This document shows positions 26,660 through 40,789 of a stretch of 64,000 bases of DNA, one piece after another. Each line of letters starts with the position of its first letter. Positions within the stretch are counted from its first letter, which is position 1. A program made the position numbers and the translations under genes. Source of the DNA: Octopus vulgaris (taxonomy: Eukaryota); contig OX597822.1 in the NCBI GenBank assembly GCA_951406725.2, forward strand, positions 97,650,001 through 97,714,000, given 5' to 3'. The notes beneath the pieces were generated by a model. It was not told the DNA's origin and did not search any database. It was given only the letters and a program-made list of their open reading frames with translations.

Positions 26660-28980
26660 GAGAAAATGCCTTGATCTGGTTACAACATTCTCAAAGGATA
26701 TTGGCTTGAGTTTGGTCAGGATAAATGTAGCTATATGGTTGTGAAATGAGAGAAAACTGTAAACCAGCAACATATCCATCAATGACTTGATTGTTCCTGC
26801 TATATCTGATGAGGAATATTACAGGTATCTAGGGGTTGATGAAAACATATCTTACAATGGCACCAGATCTTTTCAGTTTGAACGGCAGTTTTTTCTAGCG
26901 GTGTCATATGAAATTGTCCCCCATAATTATGACCCTAGTATCGATCTATTGCATTTCAATCTATTTTAGGGTTAGGGTCAGTTAGGGTTAGGGGTGGGGG
27001 GAAGGGTATCTTTTTTTCTTCACAAATGTAAATAAACCCAATCTGTTTCTTAAACGAGAGACATATTCATACGTCACAGAATGCTGTTCACCTCAATGGA
27101 CGTCAGTGATTTGTTGAAATTGCAGAAATTGAAGAAAAAAAAAAACAACAAATATCTTACAAACTATAGAATTTTCTCAATAAAGCCAAGAGAAAAAGAT
27201 GTCTTATAAACACATTCTACCAGTATACGAAGTTTAAAATTTTTTAGTTACCTAGAAATTATGTTAAAAACTGTCGTTCAAACCGAAAAGATCCATGGCA
27301 CCTGTAACAAAATACACATCACTAAAGAATATTACAGTTGAATAAACATAATTTTGACCTTGGAACTCACTGCATTCAATAAAATAGTGGCCCACAATGT
27401 ATTTGCAGTACTAGTACTTATACAAACATTTGGGCTACTTGGTGAGCTATTGACATAAAAACCCGGAAGATACTAACCAACATACATAATTTTCACATCA
27501 ACAGTTATGTAGACCACCTCTACCTAAAATGAAAACAAGGTGACAGAGACTTAACTTCAATTCAGACTGCTTTTGAATGTCATATGATATCCCTTCGGCA
27601 ACATCTATTACCCACAAAGTGTCGAAATGCATTCCTTGATGAAGATAGAATTAGATGAAGGTGATAACATCATAAGACTTGGAAAGTAGCTCCTTGAGTA
27701 GCATTCCTTGTCTGATAGTCTCAGATACATACCCAAAGAAGTCACATGACTCTACCACAATGTATCATCTGGTGAAAGGATGAGCATACGTGAACAGAAG
27801 ACCATACAGAAAGTTCTGGGATGATAGTAACATTGATCATCAAAGCAGTCTATCAGGGACCAACAACCAGATTACTACCCCCCACTTCGAAAAGTATGCA
27901 TTTGCAATGAATGAACAGGAAATATAGACCAAAAACCTGATATACAAAAGGGTTGGAGGCGCAATGGCCCAGTGGTTAGGGCAGCGGACTCGCGGTCATA
28001 GGATCGCGGTTTCGATTCCCAGACCGGGCGTTGTGAGTGTTTATTGAGCGAAAACACCTGAGGCTCCAGCAGGGGATGGTGGTGATCCCTGCTGTACTCT
28101 TTCACCACAACTTTCTCTCACTCTTACTTCCTGTTTCTGTTGTACCTGTATTTCAAAGGGCTGGCCTTGTCACTCTCTGTGTCACGCTGAATATCCCCGA
28201 GAACTATGTTAAGGGTACACGTGTCTGTGGAGTGCTCAGCCACTTACACATTAATTTCACGAGCAGGCTGTTCCGTTGATTCGGATCAACCGGAACCCTC
28301 ATCATCATAACCGATGGAGTGCTTCCCCATACAAAAGGGACAGAAATGCAGGAAAAGCAGCAAAATATGACAACTGTTGAAGCCTTTGTGGAGTTAACAC
28401 CAAAGATATCATCCACATCATAAGCAGTTGTCTGAAAATGTTATCACGGTATTATCTGCCAATGAGACATAATGTTGTAGCTAGAACACTGTATAACAAG
28501 ATCTGTCCGAAGGATAACCCTGAGAACAGAGAAATAAGAACCCACAGTATGATGGAAGCCATAACCACTCATGATAAAAAGGAATACTAGTGGAATGTCC
28601 CAATGAAAACCTTAATAAAATGTAAACACGATAGATCTGACATAATGATTTGGGATAGAGAAGAGAAACTGTGTACAGTTGAGGAAACTGACTACCCAGC
28701 AGATATTAGCATGCAACTAGAGATCAGTGAAAAAATAAACATACCTACACTAAACTGTTAAGAAATTTGCAGTTACTCTATTCAGATTACAAGTTCAAGT
28801 TTATACCTCTAATTATTGGGGCACTGGGATATGTAACACACTGTCTAAATAACAGTCTTGAGAAATTAGGCTTCTCAAAACCAGAAAGGAGAAAGCTGAT
28901 TCATAGACTACAAATCCAGTTCATATATACTTAAACGATAAAAATCTGTAAAACTTTCCAGAAGTTTATCGTTTAAGTAT
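26660..28980 (+). mobile_element. Highly degraded R4-like non-LTR element, interrupted by a MITE and a SINE
   Basis: VTTFSKDIGL, YRYLGVDENI, DIMIWDREEKLC, FIPLIIGALG remnants. Confidence 0.65.
26865..27294. mobile_element. MITE with ~29-bp TIRs and an 8-bp TSD
   Basis: TIR RGATCTTTTCRGTTTGAACGRCAGTTTTT; TSD ATGGCACC at 26857 and 27295. Confidence 0.88.
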
Positions 28981-29022
28981 ATATGAACATGTCTAGACAT
29001 ACAACTATATGCGTGAGAAGAT

Positions 29023-29416
29023 GTACATACATACACACATACATACATACATGCATACATACATACATACATACATACATACATACATACATACATACAT
29101 ACATACATACATACATACATACATACATACATACATACATACATACATACATACATACATACATACATACATACATACATACATACATACATACTTACAT
29201 GCATGCATGCATGCATACATACATACATACATACATACATACATACATACATACATACATACATACATACATACTTACATGCATACATACATACATACAT
29301 ACATGCATACATACATACATACATACATACATGCATGCATGCATACATACATACATACATGCATACATACATACATACATACATACATACATACATACAT
29401 ACATGTATACATACAT
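29023..29416. repeat. (TACA)n microsatellite
   Basis: About 390 bp of TACA/TGCA units. Confidence 0.97.
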
Positions 29417-30428
29417 GGTAAAATTGATAAAAAAACATGTGGTACATGGGGGATGGAAAACCTTTTTAAGAGAGTCATTCTTCAGGAAAAAATTTAAAGG
29501 ACAGAAATTAATGAGTGACAACAAAGTTGTATTACATGGAAAAATGCGAACATGAAAAGTATTAATCTTAAGATTATACACCTGGACAAATTATTACACC
29601 TGGAAAAGTATAGAACAAGCTATACACTCACACACACACACAAGAACATTGTAGTTTGCTTGAAGCATTGTAATGTTAAAGAAAGTAAAAAGAGAGAAAT
29701 CAGAAGGCTTCTGACAATGTGGGAAGTTTTATAAAACTTTTATATTTCAGGCACAAAAGCCCATCTTCAGAAAAAGAACAACCAGGGAAATTTCCAGTCT
29801 AGCAGGTCCCGTTAACTTATTCAAATCTCCTGGCATGATGTAAAGCTTTCTATTTTCTCTCTGTTTACCTTCTTTGATAGCATCACAAACACACACACAC
29901 ACACACATATGGCATACATAAAGTGTTCATAAAAAGGGCATATTTATATACTCTTGACTCTCTTTTACTTTTTTATTTGTTTCAGTCATTTGACTGCGGC
30001 CATGCTGGAGCACCGCCTTTAACCAAGCAACTCGACCCCGGGACTTATTCTTTGTAAGCCCAGTACTTATTCTATCGGTCCCTTTTGCCGAACCGCTAAG
30101 TGACGGGGACATAAACACACCAGCATTGGTTGTCAAGCAATGCTAGGGGGACAAACACAAACATACACGCACACATATATATACATATATACTACGGGCT
30201 TCTTTCAGTTTCCGTCTACCAAATTCACTCACAAGGCTTTGGTCGGCCCGAGGCTATAGTAGAAGACACTTGTCCAAGGTGCCACGCAGTGGGACTGAAC
30301 CCGGAACCATGTGGTTGGTAAACAAACTACTTACCACACAGTCACTCCTGCACCTATATAAAGCACATATATAAAATGTATACATAGAATATATATATAT
30401 ATAAAGTATAAAAAGTGTAAGCATTGAC

Positions 30429-30683
30429 CTGAAGGTGATATTTTCTTTACAGAAAGACTTCCAGAAACAACACCCATTGTAAATTTTACAACGTGTGGCA
30501 TTAGTGGCATGGTAACTTTCAAGGTTAAAAGTGACTCTATTTGCAAAGAAATAGCATTTGGGATGAATTTAACAAAGATGTCTTGTTCACTGTGACAACC
30601 ACTTGAACTCGTGAAGTTAGAGATGTCGCCATACTGACTCTGGATACCAAAATCACAAGCCATTAAATTCGGTCCCTTTTCAA
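30429..30683 (-). CDS. Constant exon 4 (LEKGPNLMACDFG...KKISPS)
   Basis: Acceptor ttcttttcttattgcAG; donor G|GTCAAT is weaker; 255 nt; phase 1-1; open frame. Confidence 0.75.
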
Positions 30684-30929
30684 CTGCAATAAGAAAAGAA
30701 AAATTATTTATTATATATATTTTTCAAACCAGTGCAATGGATGGGCAGAATTGTTAGTGTTGGAGAAAATACCTTGTGGTGTTTATTCTTGTCCTTTTAA
30801 TTCTAAGTTCAAATTCTGTCAAGATCAACTTTGCTTTTCATTCCTCCAACATTGATAAAATAAAATATCAGTCACATAGCCATATTAGTTGAAACTTCTC
30901 TGTTAAATGAAGGATTGCACCAAATTATC

Positions 30930-31720
30930 TTTCTCTTTCTGGCTTTTGAGGTGGTTGGGGTAGGGTGTCCTCTCTATATACTAATGTCTCAGTGAATTCA
31001 CTCTTTGTTAATACCTTGTTGTTGTGGGAGGTGGCCCTGTTGAAGATCTCTCTGTCTGCTGAGAGTTTAGAGATTCTTCTACTTATCCCTGTGACAAGGT
31101 TGTTGATTACAGCTGAGAGATGGTTAGAGTTTCTGTAGATGTAAACAGTTTCCTCATTGAACATTCTGTAAGGGTGGTCCTCACCTGTTATATCCTGTCA
31201 GTCAACTTTTGTCAAATTAATAGTAACTGTAATAGGTTAGCCAAATTCTTTGAAGATTTGTATTAAATCCTACCTAAAATTGTCTCTGATGTGACCTTTT
31301 ATAGGGCTTGAGGTTGCCTGACCATCATTCCTATACAGGGCCAAGCTATGGGAGTGTGAGCACTTCTCCAAAGTATCCAGGATAAGTTACTTGACAAGGG
31401 CAGTGATTTCAGCCCTGCTGTACTTCCCTATAGATATATCAAGCAGTGGGTCACCTTCCTGCTTTATCCAGTTTGAATCTTAGTGAGCCAAGATCGACTT
31501 TCTAGCATTCATGGCGATACTGATATTGTGTTCACTGATTTTAGTGAATTGTCTCCCAATGTCTAAGGCCTTCGGGAGGAACGATTTTAATACTGAAGGT
31601 TAGAAATCCATAATGTTGAAGTGGGTGATCTTACAGGTTGCTTTATTTTCGATGTCACAGAACCAGTCAATTACTGCAGTGATGCAACCCCATTGGATCA
31701 ACCTCATAACCCTTCTAATA
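30930..31720 (-). mobile_element. Penelope-like element RT relic
   Basis: TAVIDWF, ARKSIL, YIYRNSNHLSAVINNLVTGISRRISKLSADREIFN motifs. Confidence 0.7.
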
Positions 31721-31932
31721 GTGGAGCAGACAAAGAAATGAACTGGTATCACTTCCACAGCATTAACACTATGTGACCTTAGCTACTAAAAGAGCCATTT
31801 CGAATTTGTCTCAAATCCTTTACTCTTCTCCTGATATAAGATGAGACGGTCCTGTCCATGAAACTTTAAGCTACTTGGTGCTGAGTAAAACTGTTAAGAT
31901 ATATACAAGCGTTTGTATTTACAGTTTATACA

Positions 31933-31966
<34 letters not shown>

Positions 31967-31976
31967 CGTATAAATA

Positions 31977-33682
31977 TATGAGGGTAAGTAAAAAATCATC
32001 TGCACTTTTGCCATAACATATCGTTATTATTGTCCCACTGCCTTCTGTGCGTGTGTGCTTATAGTTGGTATTATTGTGCTCACAAGATCAAAGTTTGAGC
32101 CTGATTGCACCAGTTTTCTCTCTGGCTTTACAGTCTAAGCATGGCCACTCCACTAACAATGTGCACCAAAGAAGAACAAAGAGTAGTGATCTGATTTCTC
32201 TGGTCAAGTGTGTCATCGACGGCTTTTAGCACAATTGGTTAATGGTTTCAATGGTTTGGGCGACCATGTCTGGGCAAGCATTGTCATAAAACAACAAAAC
32301 TTTCTTTAACAATAGGCGTCAGCATTTGGTGTGAATTGCTGGCTTCAGTTTGTTGGCCAGCAAAACACTGTATTTTACACTGTTGATCATACACCCTTTT
32401 CCAGGTAGTCTTCCAGTACAGGCCCTTTTAAGCCCCGCAAAAGGGTTAGTATCTCCTTTCTCGCAGAAGACTGTGTCTTGAATTTCTTCTTCAATGGAAA
32501 GCCAGGATGTTTCCACTCCATACTCTGTCTTTTGGATTCAGCCTCATAATGATGGACCCACGTTTCATCTCCTGTAACTATTCTGCTCAAAAATTTTTTG
32601 CCCTCATTGTTGTATCAGTTGAGTAAATGTTGGCAAACTCAAGATGTTTGTGCTTGTGCTCTGCAGTAAGCTTTCTTGGCACCTTTCTTGCACAGGCTTT
32701 ATGGCAGGGTTAGGGTTAGGGTTAGCTGATTTGATAGGCAGAACCATGACTAATCAGCAGAGAACGAGCTACCTCATTGATGAAAGCTCACCAGTTCGCC
32801 ATTACCATTACCATTTCATAAGCTTGCTGAATCTTCTTGTCAGTGGTGGAGGTCGACAGGCATCCTGCTCCCTCCTTGTGCATCATGCTTATCTGGCTAC
32901 TTTTAAACTTCTCAATCCACTCATACACACTTCTACATGGTAGTGCACTGTCCCAATATTATGCAAAAAGCTTCCAATGTATTTCAGCACCTGACACACC
33001 TTCAGACCAGAGAAATCGGATCACTGCTCTTTGTTCTTCTTTGGTGTACGTTTCTAGTGGAGTGACCATGCTTAGACTGTAAAGCCAGAAAGAAAAATGG
33101 CATGGTCAGGCTCAAACTTTACTCGTTTACTCTTTTATTTGTTTCAGTCATTTGACTGTGGCCATGCTGGAGCACCACCTTTAGTCGAGCGAATCGACCC
33201 CAGGACTTATTCTTTGTAAGCCTAGTACTTATTCTATCGGTCCTTTTTTGCTGAACCGCTAAGTTACGGGGATGTAAACACACCACCATCGGTTGTCAAG
33301 CGATGTTGGGGGGACACACAAACATACACACGCATAAACACACATACACACACAAACATACACACACACACACATGCACATATATATATATAAATATACA
33401 TATACACGACAGGCTACTTTCAGTTTCCGTCTACCAAATCCACTCACAAGGCTTTGGTCGGCGAGAGGCTATAGTAGAAGACACTTGCCCAAGGTGCTAC
33501 GCAGTGGGACTGAACCCGGAACCATGTGGTTGGTAAGCAAGCTACTTACCACAGCCAATCCTACGCCTTTGATCACATGACCACAATAATACCAACTGTA
33601 GGCATGCATACACAGAAGGCAGTGTGATAATAATAACAATATGTTATGGCGAAAGTGCAGGTGATTTTTGTTTTCCCTCATA
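31977..33682 (-). mobile_element. Mariner derivative with ~235-bp inverted termini, interrupted by a SINE
   Basis: RIVTGDETWVHHYEAESKRQSMEW motif; 31977-32215 is the reverse complement of 33005-33120 plus 33571-33682. Confidence 0.85.
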
Positions 33683-33690
33683 CATACATG

Positions 33691-33733
<43 letters not shown>

Positions 33734-33736
33734 GTA

Positions 33737-33932
33737 TATATAATACAAGTAAGGAAATGGAGAAACAAATTTGGTTTGTTCATCAACTTCCGGATATTAT
33801 AATGTTGGAATATTTATTCATTTTAGATTCGTTAAACAAATCTAAAATGAATAAATAATCCAACATCATAATATCCGTTAAGCTGATGAACAAACCAAAT
33901 TTGTTTCTCCTTTTTCTTATTTGTATTATAAA
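33737..33932. repeat. AT-rich hairpin, ~90-bp arms
   Basis: ggagaaacaaatttggtttgttcatca...cattttagatt pairs with aatctaaaatg...tgatgaacaaaccaaatttgtttctcc. Confidence 0.9.
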
Positions 33933-34323
33933 TTTACGGTAAAACTATTTCTTTATCTTCACCTGTTTAATACAATAAATTACTTAATTGCATTGCAATG
34001 AAAAACATTTATGTATTAAGAATTTGGGTACTTTACCAACAGTATATTGGATAAATGATATCTCATAGTGGGTTACACCCATAACCCCTATCTTACTTTG
34101 TACTATATATATATATATATATATATGTATATTCTTGTGTCTAGGGAGAGTCATTATGTCAATATAATTAATACACACACTGGTTCAATTCCACTCATTA
34201 AACATCCGATTGTTTTGTTTTTGTTCGTTAAAGCTCTTTTATTGCTTCTTGCAATCTTCTCAATGCTGACTATGCAGTTCACTAAAGTCATTTTCTTCTA
34301 TGAGCTATCATATAGAACATATA

Positions 34324-36820
34324 TCATCATCATCATCATCATCATCGTTTAACGTCCGCTTTCCGCGCTAGCACGGGTTGGACGGTTCGACCGGGTCTGG
34401 GAAGCCAGGGGCCGCTCCAGGCTCCAGTCTGAATCTGGCAGAGTTTCTACGGCTGGATGCCCTTCCTAACGCCAACCACTCCGTGAGTGGATTGGGTGCT
34501 TTTTACGTGCCACCTGCACAGGGGCCGGAGGATCCGGCATCGTCACGATCAGTTCGAGCATTTTAACGTGTCAGCGGCACGGGGGCAACGAGGTCCGGGG
34601 TACTTTGGGGATCGGGGTACTTTGGGGATCCAGGGTACTTTGGGGATCCGGGGTACTTAGAATGGGTAGGGGGTATGTGGAATTGCTGCAGAAAGCAGCC
34701 CGGGTCTTTGTAGTCACAGCATATCTCCAGAGATCTCGGTCCTTCGCCATTGCCTCAGTGAGGCCCAATGCTCTGAGGTCATGCTTGACCACCTCATCCC
34801 ATGTCTTCCTGGGTCTACCTCTCCCCCTGATACCTTCAACTGTTTGGGAGTGGCACTTCTTCACACATCTCTCTTCATCCATCCGCAGCACATGACCATA
34901 CCATCGCAAGCGTCGCTCTTGCACACCACATCTGATGCTTCTTATATCCAGCATTTCTCTCAGGATACTTACACTCTGTTTTGCGTGCACACTGACACTA
35001 CACATCCAGCGGATCATGCTAGCTTCATTTCTTTCAAGTCTACGCATGTCTTCTGCAGTCACAGCTCATGTTTCATTACCGTGAAGCATGGCTGTTCGCA
35101 CATGCATCATACAATCTACCTTTTGCTCTGAGGGAGAGACCTTTTGTTGCCAGTAGGGGTAGGAGCTTTCTGAACTTTGCCCAGGCTATTCGTATTCTAG
35201 TGGTGATACTCTCTGTGCATCCACCTCCGCTACTAACTTGGTCACCCAGGTAGCGGAAACTATCAACTACTTCTAGTTTCTCTCCCTGGAGTGTGATGGA
35301 ATCTGTTTTCTGAGTGTCTGTTGTGTCTATTGTCCCTGTGCATCTGCCGCACATGAAAGCTATCTTATCTGTTAATTTCCCTTTAATGTTGCTGCACCTC
35401 TTATGTGTCCATAACTTACATTGGGTGCATCTTATGGAGTTTCTACCTGTACCTTTCCTACAGGTTGAGCAGGGCCACCTACCCGAGGGGATGTGTGCTG
35501 AGTACCTCTTGCTGCTTACTAATACTTTGGTCTTTGCTACATTTATTCTAAGGCCCTTTGATTCCAACCCTTGCTTCCACACCCGAAATTTCTCTTCTAG
35601 TTCCGGTAGTGATTCTGCTATGAGAGCTAGGTCATCGGCATAGAGGAGCTCCCAGGGGCATCCTGTTTTGAATTCCTCTGTTATTGCCTGAAGGACTATG
35701 ATGAATAAAAGGGGACTGAGGGCTGAGCCCTGGTGCACACCTACTTCTACCCGGAATTCTTCACTATATTCGTTGCCAATCCTAACCTTGCTGACAGCCT
35801 CTCTGTATAGAGCCTGTACAGCCCTTATTAGCCATTCTTCAATCTCCAGTTTCCGCATCGACCACCAGATAAGGGAACGGGGAACCCTGTCAAAGGCTTT
35901 CTCCAAGTCTACAAAAGCTATGTAGAGGGGTTTATCTTTAGCTAGGTACTTCTCCTGCAGTTGTCGGACCAGGAATATAGCATCAGTGGTGCTTCTACCT
36001 GGTACAAAACCGAACTGCATTTCATCTAAACAAATTCTCTCCCTAATGAGATTGGTTATGACCTTCTCTGAGACCTTCATCACCTGGTCCAACAGTTTGA
36101 TACCTCTGTAGTTATTTCTATCTAGAGCATCACCCTTACCCTTGTAGCAGTTGACTATGGTGCTGCTGCACCAGTCATTGGGTATGACTCCATTGTGAAC
36201 TACCTGGTTTACAATGCGGGTGACTATGGCATAGCCCACATAGCCAGCTGTTTTAAGCATCTCAGCAGTGATTCCTGATAGGCCAGGGGCTTTGCCTGGT
36301 TTCATATCCTTAATTGCCTTATCTACAAGGGAGCTGTCTATTCGGGTAGCTGGTCCCTCTACTGGGTCAACATTTGGCAGGCTCTCCTCCTCCCATTCAT
36401 TCTCCTCATTCAGCAGTCTTTCATAATGGCTTCTCCAAGCCTCTTTCTTTTCACTAGTAGTAAAAGCAAGTGCCCCATCATCCATGCGGACACATTTCTC
36501 TCCTATAACATCGCTATTTTCTCTGACACACTGTCTGGCAATCCGAAATACTTCAGCTCTTTGATCCTCGCGACGCTGGACATTGGCAAACTTCTTCTTT
36601 TCTGCTACATCTTTGGCAATGTATACCTGCCGTCCAGCCTCCCTTTTGGCTATCTGGTACAGTTCCCTGCTGCCCCCATCCTTCCAGGCTTTCCAGGCCC
36701 GTCTCTTTTCACAGATGGCTTTATCTACTGCACTATTCCACCACCACGTAATTCTAGGTCTGGAAGGGACTTTGCACCATCCACAGACTTGGTCTGTGGC
36801 ACTCAACAAGCTGTCCCGTA
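34324..36820 (-). mobile_element. Young 5'-truncated RTE-clade LINE (RT nearly intact, one frameshift near 35090)
   Basis: 614-aa ORF with QFGFVPGRSTTDAIF, FVDLEKAFDRV, QGSALSP, YADD; C-terminal GRGRPRKTW; 3' UTR ending in (GAT)n. Confidence 0.95.
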
Positions 36821-36823
36821 GGA

Positions 36824-36855
<32 letters not shown>

Positions 36856-37875
36856 CTCTCTCTTTTGGAGAGGCACTGAGCAGCTATACGCACACATACA
36901 CACACTGCAGTAACTTCCACCTACCGAATTCAATCACAAAGCTCCGGTCAGCTCGGGGCTATAGCAGAAGACACCTACCCAAAGTGCCACGCAGTGGGAC
37001 TGAACCCGAAACCATATGGCTAGGAAGCAAGCTCCCTAACCACACAGCCATGCCCACACTTCTTCTCTGGATACCCCTCTTTTTCTCTGGACACACCTCT
37101 TCTTCTCTGGACACTAAACTCTGCTTGCGAAGACCAGTTGAGGCAAGCGAAATCGAAGTCAAAATCAAACTCAGTGACTGGCATCCATTGCTAGTGGAGC
37201 ATTAAGAGTACCATACGAGTGAGATCATTGCCAAAACAACAAGCTGGCATGTTTAAGCACACCATTCAAGTGTGATCGTTACTGCGTCGCCTTACTAGCA
37301 CTTGTGCTGGTGGCATGTGAAACATTCGAGTGAGGTTGTCGCCAGTGCCACTGGACTGGCTCCTGTGCAGGTGGCATGTAAAAAGCACCATTTGGGCATG
37401 GCCGTTGCCAGTACCACCAAACTGGCCCTTGTGCTGGTGGAACGTAAAAGCACCCACTACACTCTCGGAATGGTTGGCATTAGGAAGGGCATCCAGCTGT
37501 AGAAACTCTGCCAGATCAGATTAGAGTCTGGTTTGCCAGACCTCAGTCAAATCGTCCAACCCATGCTAGCATGGAAAGCGGACGTTAAATGATGATGATG
37601 ATGATGATGATGATAATGATGTGTTCCACATTTATGTTTGGTCATTAATTCTATGCTGACTGGGTGATTGCAAAGGTTGTTTATTGGCTTATGAACTATT
37701 TGTGGTATGATATCAGATTATTTGTTTGAAAATATGATATTACTGTTTGGTACCCCTAATATGTATGATAGTTGTGTAGAAGTATATAGAAATACATTAT
37801 AGAGTATTTATAGAGTTCTACAATAAATGTATGATAGGTGTATAGAAATATATAGAAATATTATAGAGTACTTAC

Positions 37876-38001
37876 GTTCACATTTTGTGTTTTGGTTAGT
37901 CTTATCCACGACAAAACCTTGATTGCACTGACAATTTCTGGCAAGGTGACTTTTGCCACATGTGCCAGGCCAGCAGTTGTGGTTGAACCAGGAACATGTA
38001 G
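37876..38001 (-). CDS. Constant exon 3 (EGF-like: TCSWFNHNCWPGTCGKSHLARNCQCNQGFVVDKTNQNTKCE)
   Basis: Acceptor ctttacAG, donor C|GTAAGT; 126 nt; phase 1-1; six Cys with CxC-x2-GF spacing. Not in the ORF track. Confidence 0.85.
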
Positions 38002-39506
38002 CTGTAAAGTAGATTTAAAATAATAAATTTAATAGGATTTCAGAGCAAAATCAACAAACAAAACAAGACAATTATAATAGGAATAGTATTTTCATTATTT
38101 CAGACCCATAATTTTATTTGCATTCAGATTACTCAGTTAGATGTAATTGTTTTGAATTTATCCAGCTTTATTTTGTAGCTTTGAGATTTCAATGATGTGA
38201 TTGTATATTTTTAGACTGACCTTGTAGGGTAGATCATGATAGTCTGAACATAAAACAGGTAGAATATTTTGGCTGGATGTGGCCTGTTTAAATGCTAAAG
38301 GGTGAAAGGTTAGTACTTTTACTTAGTACTTAGCTGTGTTGTTGGGTTTGCTAAAACCTGTGTGATCCCAGACAAATGTATCTTTGACAATCTCCACATC
38401 AAGTTATACCTCACAGAGAGGGGTTTTTTTAAAAAAAAATTCAGATTTGATTGGGTGCTGAACAGAGATCACTCAAAAATATCTAATAGGGTTGAAACCA
38501 TTAGTACCCTGGTGGTTGTGCTGTATGTAGCCAGTTGTAGTCCAATTTTCAGGAACCAGATTACTGCACTGTACAGTGACATCTGCTTGGTGGTAGTCAT
38601 TGTGGCAAATGGTCATTGACATTATCCACCCTGTTCTTTTCAAGTGGGGAGCCAAATGGATCGTTTTTGGTTTTGCAGTCACTGAAGTGAAGCCCAAGCA
38701 AAACATGGACGGCCCACCATGCATCGTGATTTTGGCCACATGTTCCATATAGGTAGATAGTAGGGAAGCAGTTACTTAATCTAGGTTAATTCTGACTGAG
38801 CAGACTTATGATTTAAATGCATTCCAGATGTGACCATCCAATATTTATCCATGTGCAAGGATTCCAGGATGATACTAGCCAACATCTTTTTTTTTTTTTA
38901 CAATAGTAGGCTCTGATTGGTTGGAGATGTGGCTGCTACTTCTAGCAGGTCAAGCAACTGCATAGAGGCAATTTTTACACAGAATATAAAGAGCTGAAAT
39001 AAAATGTCACTAAGCATGTTGTCTGATACACAAACTTTTCTGCCTGCTCACCATCATTATAATAATACTTTCTAGTTTTGGCTAATGGTCAGCAATTTAA
39101 GAGGTGGAGGCAAATTCTATCACCCCTGAAGAGATAAAAAGGCAAAGTTGACCTCGATGGAATTTTGAGCTTAGAATATAAAGAAGATGGAAGAAAAACT
39201 GCTAAGCATTTTGTCTCAGATACTAATAGCCCGTCCAGGCCATTGCCTAAATAATAGTTTCAAATTTTGGCCCAAGTCAAGATGTCTTAGTGGGAGAGAA
39301 TTAGTTGATCATACTAACCCTAGTACATGACTGGTATTTGATTTTATTGACCTCAAGAGAATGAAAGGTAAAATCAACCTCTGTGAGTTGTGCACAGAAT
39401 GTAAACAAATGGAAGAAATACCACTGAATATTTTGTCCAACGTATTTATTATTCTGCCAGCTCACTAGCTTATAATAAAAATAACAACAAAAAATTATGT
39501 ACTCAC

Positions 39507-39647
39507 GATTGCATTTGAGTGGTCCTTCAGGCCAGGCCATAGAAAATTCTGCTCCTCTCACATTGTACTGTTTACATGTAGAACAGAAAGGTCTTTGATT
39601 GCTGTTGCAACTCATGGTTTGACAATTGTCAATATAGTTTGAACATT
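39507..39647 (-). CDS. Constant exon 2 (Cys-rich, QCSNYIDNCQTMSC...LKCN)
   Basis: Acceptor tccctgtctctAG, donor C|GTGAGT; 141 nt; phase 1-1, compatible with all V exons. Confidence 0.85.
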
Positions 39648-39897
39648 CTAGAGACAGGGAAGTAAATATCATGGTAAATTAGAATAAGGGAAGTAAATAT
39701 CATGGTAAATTAGAATATATAGGGAGAGTTTACGAAAAAAACAAAAACAACAAAAGACGAAGACAGGTGGTGTACAAAACAAACAGATGTAATAGTATAA
39801 TGCTCAGGAATAGAAAAAGTATTTTACGTTTCGAGCCTACGCTCTTCTACAGAAAGGGACACAGAAAAAACAAGGAGAGAAAAAAATGTGTGTAGTG

Positions 39898-39957
<60 letters not shown>

Positions 39958-40789
39958 ATAAATTATTATGATGTTGATAATGATGACGATGACAATTTGT
40001 TGTTTGTTCCTTCTCGAGCCACGCCTGGCTCATAAGGGCTGGTTTCCCGGTTTCCTTGGCGTATAGGTTCCCCACCTGGACAGGACACCGGTCCGTCGCA
40101 GGTAAGCTACAAGAGGAAAGAGTGAGAGAAAGTTGTGGCGAAAGAGTCAGCAGAAGCTCGCCATTACCTCCTGCCGGAGTAACGTGAAGCTTAGGTGTTT
40201 CGCTCATAAACACACACATCGCCCGGTCTGAGATTCGAACCCCGCGATCCCTCGACCTCTAGTCCGCTGCTCTAACCACTAGGCCATGTGCCTCCGCACG
40301 ATGACAATTGATAACAATGAAGATAATAGCAATAATAAATCATGATGGTGATGATGGTGATGATGATGATGATGATGATGATGACGACGACGAAGTTGAT
40401 AACGATGATGACAATGAGAATGATCAAAATAGTAGTGATGGTGGTGGTGCTGATGATGATTATATCAAAGATGATAATGGCTATGACAATGATAAAAATG
40501 ACGATGGGGATGATGATGATTATGGAACTGACATGGTCATCATCCTGCAGAAATAAGACAACTTATACCGAAGTGACAGCACGCAGTATAGCGGAGCGAA
40601 TAGGAAAAAAAACTGGCGGAAGCTCAAAGAGGAGAAAAGCTTGTCAGTGTTCTACCAGCATGCTCAAGTAGAACATAGATGCTCGGTTATTAACATAGAG
40701 GTTAAGGTATTATCAACACATAGAACAAAAATGGCACTGTTCCAGTTCGAAAGGGATGCCTCGCAACTGTTTCATTTTCCGCAGAATTT

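Noticed and set aside
28908-29581. Long MYVC/HTYI ORFs
   Set aside because: Translations of a (TACA)n microsatellite.
40308-40671. Asp-rich and Met-rich ORFs
   Set aside because: (GAT)n microsatellite decay.
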